Program-made: the position numbers and the translations under genes | Part shown: positions 58,671-64,000 of the stretch, piece by piece | Numbering within the stretch: the stretch's first letter is position 1 | Layout: each line of letters begins with the position of its first letter | DNA from: an uncultured delta proteobacterium | GTDB taxonomy: Bacteria; Myxococcota_A; Polyangia; Polyangiales; Polyangiaceae | DNA length: 64,000 nucleotides | Reading direction: 5' to 3' | Assembly: GCA_963782055.1 (NCBI GenBank) | Contig: CAWAIF010000003.1 | Span: 3,712,001 to 3,776,000, forward strand | Notes under the pieces: generated by a model | What the model was told of the DNA's origin: nothing | Databases searched by the model: none | The model's input: the letters and a program-made list of their open reading frames with translations, nothing else

Positions 58671-59489
58671 ATGATCCGCCCCGTCCGAGCCGCCGCAATC
58701 CCCCGGCCCGCGCCCGCCGGGCGGCCGCGCCGGAAGGCGACCCTCGCCCTCGCCCTCGCCGTCGTTTGCATCGGCTGCAACGTGCCGGTCGCCAACGGTC
58801 TGGACGACGACGACGCCAACCGCATCGTGCTCGCGCTGGATCAGGCCAGCATCGACGGCGAGAAGGAGCCGGACCCGCAGAGCGAGGGGAAGATGCGCGT
58901 CATGGTCCCGCGCGACGACGTCGCGCGCGCGCTCTCCGCCATGCGCGACCAGGAGCTGCCGCGGCCGCGGCCGGCGGGCGTGCTGGACGCGATGGACAAG
59001 GGCGCGCTGGTGCCGAGCGAGGCGGCGGAGCACGCGCAGTACGTGGCGGGGCTGTCGGGGGACATGGAGCGCTCGCTGGAGAGCGTCGACGGGGTGCTCT
59101 CCGCCCACGTCCACCTCAACCTCGCCGCGCCGGATCCTTTCGGGGACGCGCCGCTGCCCAAGACCACCGCGAGCGTGCTGCTGGAGCACCGCGGGTCCAC
59201 CCCCCCGCTGACGACAGAGGCCGTGCAGCAGCTCATCGCCGGCGGCGTGCGCGGCCTCGCACCGGCGGACGTGGCGGTGGTCATGGTCTCGCGCGCGGCG
59301 CCCGCGCGGCGGAGCGGCGCGGCGGCGCTGGCGCACGTCGGTCCCATCGCCGTCGCCCGCGGGTCCGCGCGCACGCTGCAGATCGTCCTGGGCGCCCTGG
59401 TGGTTTTGCTGGCGGCGCTCGCCGCCGCCGCGCTCACCCTCTGGGTGCGGCTCGGCCGCGTGCGGGCGGCGCTCGAAGAAAAGCACTGA
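58671..59489 (+). CDS. SctJ/YscJ (FliF N-terminal)-like ring lipoprotein
   Basis: Lipobox IGC; GLDDDDANRIVLAL, GALVPSEAAE, ERSLESVDGVLSAHVHL, TASVLL, C-terminal TM. Confidence 0.8.
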   Translation: MIRPVRAAAIPRPAPAGRPRRKATLALALAVVCIGCNVPVANGLDDDDANRIVLALDQASIDGEKEPDPQSEGKMRVMVPRDDVARALSAMRDQELPRPRPAGVLDAMDKGALVPSEAAEHAQYVAGLSGDMERSLESVDGVLSAHVHLNLAAPDPFGDAPLPKTTASVLLEHRGSTPPLTTEAVQQLIAGGVRGLAPADVAVVMVSRAAPARRSGAAALAHVGPIAVARGSARTLQIVLGALVVLLAALAAAALTLWVRLGRVRAALEEKH

Positions 59490-59492
59490 CTG

Positions 59493-60272
59493 ATGGCGGC
59501 GAGGTCGCAGGCGCCGGACATCGCCCTCGCCCTGCGGGGCGTCAGCAAGGCCTTCCGCACCCTCGCGGGGTACAACCATGTCCTTCGCGACGTGTCGCTG
59601 GAGGTGCCGCGGGGCTGCCTCTACGGCCTCATCGGCCCCGGCGCGTCGGGCAAGAGCGTGCTGCTGAAGATCCTCGCCGGTCTGGTCAAGCCGGACCGCG
59701 GGACCGTCCACGTCGACGGTGAGGATCTCACCGCGCTCTCCGAGATCGAGCTGCAGCGGGTGCGCCTCAAGCTGGGGATGCTCTTCCAGAACAACGCCCT
59801 CTTCGACCACATGACGGTGGCGGACAACATCGCCTTCCCCCTGCGACGGCTGTACGCGCTACCCGACGAGGAGGTGCGCGCGCGCATCTCGGAGCGGCTC
59901 ACCCGCGTCGCGCTGCCCGGCTTCGAGGAGCGGATGCCGGGCGGGCTCTCCGGCGGGCAGAAGAAGCGCGTCGGGGTGGCGCGCGCCACCGTCACCCGCG
60001 CGCCGATCATCCTGTACGACGAGCCGGCGGCGGGGCTGGACCCGGTGACCAGCCAGAAGATCTTCGAGCTGCTGCGCGCGGAGCAGCGGGACGCCGGTGC
60101 GACGGCGGTGATGGTCTCCAGCGATCTGGACCGCCTCCTCACCGTCACCGATCGCGTCGGCATGCTCTACAAGGGCGAGCTCATCTTCGACGGCACGACC
60201 GAGGAAGCGCAGACGAGCACCGAGCCGCGGGTCCGGCAGTTCGTCCACGGGCTCGCCGAAGGTCCGCTGTGA
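59493..60272 (+). CDS. mlaF: MlaF/Mkl-type ABC transporter ATP-binding protein
   Basis: GPGASGKS, GMLFQNNALFDHMTV, LSGGQKKRVGVAR, LYDEP, VRQFV. Confidence 0.85.
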   Translation: MAARSQAPDIALALRGVSKAFRTLAGYNHVLRDVSLEVPRGCLYGLIGPGASGKSVLLKILAGLVKPDRGTVHVDGEDLTALSEIELQRVRLKLGMLFQNNALFDHMTVADNIAFPLRRLYALPDEEVRARISERLTRVALPGFEERMPGGLSGGQKKRVGVARATVTRAPIILYDEPAAGLDPVTSQKIFELLRAEQRDAGATAVMVSSDLDRLLTVTDRVGMLYKGELIFDGTTEEAQTSTEPRVRQFVHGLAEGPL

Positions 60273-60413
60273 GTCAGGGGGCACCACCCGGCGCCACGGC
60301 CGCTCGTGCCCGGCGCTGGTGCTCCACCCGGGCCGCTGCTGCCGGATGCACGGCGCCGCGCCGGCGGCTCCGCTCGTCTCGGTGTGGCGCGGCGGCTCTC
60401 GAGGGACGTGTCC

Positions 60414-61022
60414 TCACGCGCTCGGCGCGGCGAGCGCGAGTGCGCCATCGAGCTCGCGCCGCCGCTGCTCCTCGCGCGCCCGGGCGCGGCGGGCTCGGTC
60501 GAGGTCCCGTCGCACCCAGGCTCCGCACTCGGTCAGCCGGTCGAGCTCGGCCTGATCGCCGAACCCGAGCCGGATGCGCATGCAGAGCGCCTCGATGTGC
60601 CTGCGCGCACTTGCGCACCGCCGCGCATCGGGCCAGCGCCGCTCACCCGGCGCGAGCGCGCCGTCCAGCGCGAACCCCACGTGCCCCACGAGCACGAGCC
60701 CGTAATACGCCCGCCGGACACGCCGGCGTCCCTCGGCCGTGAGCGCGACGATCACCTCGCGCCCGACGCGCCGCCGGCTGACGAGCCCGATCGTCTCGAG
60801 CGCCCGCATCATCTCGCTGATCGTCGCCCGCGCCACCCCGAGCCCACGCCGCAGATCGCTCTGGTAGTGCGCGCACCCCGTCCCCAGCCGGTAGAGCGCG
60901 TCGAGCACATCGAACCGAGCCGCGGTGAGCCCCATCGCCCGAAGCGCCCGCCGAGTGAGCCGGAGCGTCGCGTAGTACGCCCGCTTGATCGTGAAGAACA
61001 CCGGATCCAGTCCCGCCATCAT
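60414..61022 (-). CDS. MarR-family winged-helix regulator
   Basis: GLTAARFDVL..QSDLRRGLGVARATISEMMRALETIGLVSR..VALTAEG. Confidence 0.75.
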   Translation of the reverse strand: MMAGLDPVFFTIKRAYYATLRLTRRALRAMGLTAARFDVLDALYRLGTGCAHYQSDLRRGLGVARATISEMMRALETIGLVSRRRVGREVIVALTAEGRRRVRRAYYGLVLVGHVGFALDGALAPGERRWPDARRCASARRHIEALCMRIRLGFGDQAELDRLTECGAWVRRDLDRARRARAREEQRRRELDGALALAAPSA

Positions 61023-61229
61023 CCCCACCCCCAAAGCACCCCCCATGCCACCCCCCCCTCCCCACGGATCCCCGCAGAAACGTCGGAGTGAAAGGACCCT
61101 TGCACTTCGACGCTGGGTGTCCGGGGACAGGAAGGGGGGACAGGGGGACGGGGGGGGCCGCGGGCGGGCGGCGGTTTCTTTGGTCGCCCTTCGCGAACGC
61201 TCATCGGGTCCGCCGGGCGCGCGCCGCCG

Positions 61230-61607
61230 TCAACCGGCGACGTCCGGCGGTGGGAGCGCGAGCGGTGGCGCTTCGACCGGGATGCTCAGCACGACGGCCG
61301 TCCAGGTGGGGAAGAGGGCGGCGCCGGGCACCAGCTCGATCGCGAGCGCGGCGAGCACCCGCCACTTGAAGCCCAGGGTGAAGAGCAGCGCCACCGCGAC
61401 CACGACGTCCAGCACGTCGTCCGGGATGGAAAGCGCGCCCTCGGCGAAGACGGGAAAGAGGCCGAGCTGGAGCAGATCAGCCACGGCGGCGAGCGCCAGG
61501 GCGACCCGCTTGCGCGTGCGCGACACGGTGTGCCCGGCCAGGCCGGCGTGGGCGCGGCCGGCGATCTCTGCCTGGACGGCCGCGAGGGTGCTTGCGGACT
61601 CTGCCAT
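61230..61607 (-). CDS. Hypothetical membrane protein
   Basis: Hydrophobic ORF; ADLLQ, ELVPG..PTWTAVV; TACATT box 9 nt upstream. Confidence 0.65.
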   Translation of the reverse strand: MAESASTLAAVQAEIAGRAHAGLAGHTVSRTRKRVALALAAVADLLQLGLFPVFAEGALSIPDDVLDVVVAVALLFTLGFKWRVLAALAIELVPGAALFPTWTAVVLSIPVEAPPLALPPPDVAG

Positions 61608-61679
61608 CAGTCGATCAATGTAAGGACGCCGCGGGCGCGCGCAACGTTTGCCACGCAGGTGCTAGCCTCGACCGGGTCC

Positions 61680-63353
61680 ATGGCCTGTCGCCCGCTGATC
61701 CTCGCCGCCCTGCCCGTCCTCCTCCTCGCCGGGTGCGGTCACCCCGCGACGCCCGCGCGCCCGTCCGCCGAGGTGGTGTTCGACGCGGTGGCGCCGTCGG
61801 TCGTCGCCATCAGCAACGACGACTCGGCCGACCGCGAGAAGCAGATCGCCGCGCTGGAGAAGCGCACGGGGACCGCGCCGCACGGGCCCAAGCGCGTCAT
61901 CGACGTCTCCGCGCACAGGCAGGCCACCCCCGACGGCACGGGCTTCATGGTGGCCGGGGGCCTGATCGTGACCGCCGCGCACGTCGTCGAGCTGCCCGAC
62001 AAGCTCTTCGTCACCACCCGCGCCGGCAAGCGCGTGCCCGCGGACCTGGTCCACCTGGACGAGGTGCGCGACATCGCCGTGCTGCGCCCGCGCACCCCGC
62101 TGCCCGAGGTGCCGCCGCTGAAGCTGGAGGAGCACGACCTCCGGGTGGGCGAGCCCGTCTGGGCGCTGGGCCACACCGGACGTGGCTACTGGGCGCTCTC
62201 GTGGGGGATGTCGGAAGGCATCGCCTCCGGCATCGTCGACATGATGGGCGCCAAGCTCCTGCTCTTCGACGCCGCGGTCTACCCCGGCTTCTCCGGCGGG
62301 CCGGTGGTCACCTTCCACGACCACGGCCATGCCGAGGTTGCCGGCGTCAACCACGCCATCCTGTACACCGGGATGAGCGAGACCTCCACCTCGCCCATCT
62401 TCAGCGCGGTCGCCGTCTCCGAGCTGCACGAGGTGCTCGCCGGCCACCCGCCACCCATCCAGAAGGCGCTCCTGGCCTACGCCAAGAAGGAGCGGACGCG
62501 CGTCTTCGCCGACCTCTTCATCACCAGCAAGTTCCAGATCAAAAAGGACGAGGACGGCCACCCCGTGGCCCACATCGTGGGCGACACGCGCTCGATCCAG
62601 ATCGGCGACCCGCAGACCACCATCCCCGCCGTGGCGATGCTCTTCGGCTTCGCGCCGGGCACCTCCGAGCTGCGCTTCGAGGCGCGCGACCCGGCCGGCG
62701 ACGTCGTGGCCACGGCCAAGACCAGCGCCAAGGTGGCCACCAAGCAGCGCGTCGCCTTCGCCAGCGCCGACCTCTCCTTCGTGAGCAAGAAGCAGGGGCG
62801 CTACCTCGTCAGCGTGCGCAAGGGCGGCGCCGTCATCGGCCAGTCCTTCGTGGAGGTGCAGGCCCAGGGCGCCGACGAGGTCCTGCACGACGACCCCGAC
62901 GTGAGCGACGGCGACCCCAACGTGGACGTGGTGGTCACTCGCCACGCCAGCGCCAGCCCCCTCGTGCTCGCCGGCGTGGAGTCGTACTGGACGGCGCGCA
63001 GCTTCCCCCGGCGCGTGCCCTTCACCTGGTTCGCGCGCGGCTCGCGCGGGTGGTCCGGCCGCGACGTCATCATCAGCGCCTACGTCCTGGACGACGCCGG
63101 CAACGTCGTGGGCCACTCGGAGGGCTGCTTCGAGCCGGAGCTGCGGCCGGAGCTCGCGTGGTCGTGTCTGGCCACCGGGGGGATGATGCCGCCGCCGCTG
63201 GCGCCGAAGGCGGGCAGCTACGACATCGTCTTCACCGTCAACGATCGCCCGGTCGGCTGGTGGCCGATGGAGGCGGTGCTGCGCAAGGACGGCAAGGACG
63301 AGTCAGACACCAATCGCTGGCTCGAGGACCTGCGGCGCGCGGGCGGGAGCTGA
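61680..63353 (+). CDS. Trypsin-like (S1C) serine protease lipoprotein with extra C-terminal beta domains
   Basis: LAGC lipobox; GTGF, VTAAHVV, DIAVL, PGFSGGPV catalytic-triad motifs. Confidence 0.85.
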   Translation: MACRPLILAALPVLLLAGCGHPATPARPSAEVVFDAVAPSVVAISNDDSADREKQIAALEKRTGTAPHGPKRVIDVSAHRQATPDGTGFMVAGGLIVTAAHVVELPDKLFVTTRAGKRVPADLVHLDEVRDIAVLRPRTPLPEVPPLKLEEHDLRVGEPVWALGHTGRGYWALSWGMSEGIASGIVDMMGAKLLLFDAAVYPGFSGGPVVTFHDHGHAEVAGVNHAILYTGMSETSTSPIFSAVAVSELHEVLAGHPPPIQKALLAYAKKERTRVFADLFITSKFQIKKDEDGHPVAHIVGDTRSIQIGDPQTTIPAVAMLFGFAPGTSELRFEARDPAGDVVATAKTSAKVATKQRVAFASADLSFVSKKQGRYLVSVRKGGAVIGQSFVEVQAQGADEVLHDDPDVSDGDPNVDVVVTRHASASPLVLAGVESYWTARSFPRRVPFTWFARGSRGWSGRDVIISAYVLDDAGNVVGHSEGCFEPELRPELAWSCLATGGMMPPPLAPKAGSYDIVFTVNDRPVGWWPMEAVLRKDGKDESDTNRWLEDLRRAGGS

Positions 63354-63359
63354 CGGGCC

Positions 63360-63656
63360 GTGGGCGAGGTCCTCGACATCCTCGTCTCCTGGCTCGTGAC
63401 GGCCGCGGTGTGCTTCGCCATCGTCGGGCGCGACGAGAAGCACCTCTCCGCCGAGGCGCTGGCGCGCGCGTGGCCGGCGACGAGCCGCGCCGCCGCCATC
63501 CTGGTCTTCGGGCAGCTCGCACTCGTCGTCCACTTCGCCAAGACGCGCCGCAGCCTCTACGGCGTGGGCCTCGGGCTCTTCTGGGCCGCCGTCGCCACCG
63601 CGCCGTCCATGGTGATAGGACTCCTCATCGACTACGCCCTGCCCCAGGGCGGGTAG
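63360..63656 (+). CDS. Hypothetical membrane protein
   Basis: 98 aa, about three hydrophobic segments, 6 nt after the protease stop. Confidence 0.6.
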   Translation: MGEVLDILVSWLVTAAVCFAIVGRDEKHLSAEALARAWPATSRAAAILVFGQLALVVHFAKTRRSLYGVGLGLFWAAVATAPSMVIGLLIDYALPQGG

Positions 63657-63668
63657 CCGCACCTCGCC

Positions 63669-64000
63669 ATGGCCGCCGCGACCGCCGTCAAGCACCGCTT
63701 CCTCGATTTCGCCGGGTCCGTCGGCGGAGGCTTCCTCGGCATCGCCGAGATCGCCGGCGGCATGGGCGTGCTCCTCTTCCGCATCGGCGCGCGCCTCTTC
63801 CCGCCGCGCCTCGATTACCCGGAGCTGCGGCGCAACCTCTACAAGATGAGCGTCAAGTCGCTGCCCATCGTGATCGTGACGGCGCTCTTCACCGGGGCCA
63901 TCATGGTCATCCAGGCCGCGCCCATCGTGAAACGCCTCGGCGCGGAGGGCCTGGTCGGCTGGGCGGCGAGCTTCACCACCCTGCGGGAGATCGCCCCGCT
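63669..64000 (+). CDS. mlaE: MlaE-family ABC permease (runs off window end)
   Basis: Own translation: ..VKSLPIVIVTALFTGAIMVIQA..TLREIAP, typical of MlaE. Confidence 0.85.
   Translation, partial: MAAATAVKHRFLDFAGSVGGGFLGIAEIAGGMGVLLFRIGARLFPPRLDYPELRRNLYKMSVKSLPIVIVTALFTGAIMVIQAAPIVKRLGAEGLVGWAASFTTLREIAP

Noticed and set aside
58371..60272. Complete type III secretion or flagellar cluster
   Set aside because: Only the SctJ-like gene is present; neighbours are SNF2 and MlaF
61115..61160. Resemblance of GGGTGTCCG..GGGGAC..GGGACG to the reverse complement of 24775-24810
   Set aside because: Short, G-rich and gapped; cannot be distinguished from chance by eye
682..63695. Numerous long alternative-frame and antisense ORFs (e.g. 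682-2502, 36910-39750, 55129-58539)
   Set aside because: Shadow ORFs expected from stop-codon scarcity at high GC; no motifs; overlap recognisable genes

Overview
Very GC-rich bacterial DNA, by inference a myxobacterium (Polyangiales/Sorangiineae-like: three Hanks-type Ser/Thr kinases, many Cys-rich lipoproteins with D/A/G linkers, a TolB-like lipoprotein). The centre (~10.6-44.5 kb) is a large, mosaic surface-glycan/glycolipid region: AsnB, 8 glycosyltransferases, 4 SAM methyltransferases, Wzx- and MurJ-like flippases, Ugd plus epimerase, a deacetylase and an MMPL transporter. It is interrupted by unrelated inserts. The most unusual stretch is 24.8-26.5 kb: two convergent four-helix-bundle (Avd/IVP-like) genes, ~75% identical. 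Each is preceded by the same long hairpin leader whose 14-bp core stem carries four fully compensated substitutions, and the unit is framed by hexamer and polypyrimidine tracts. Other points: a C8 tract that puts an SD+ATG out of frame with a sialidase-like lipoprotein, many TAnnnT -10 boxes 6-9 nt before start codons (apparent leaderless genes), an orphan SctJ-like lipoprotein coupled to mlaF, and single-base frameshifts that may be sequencing errors. I saw no rRNA, tRNA, CRISPR array, transposase, integrase or reverse transcriptase. Family calls come from motif recognition only; no searches were run.
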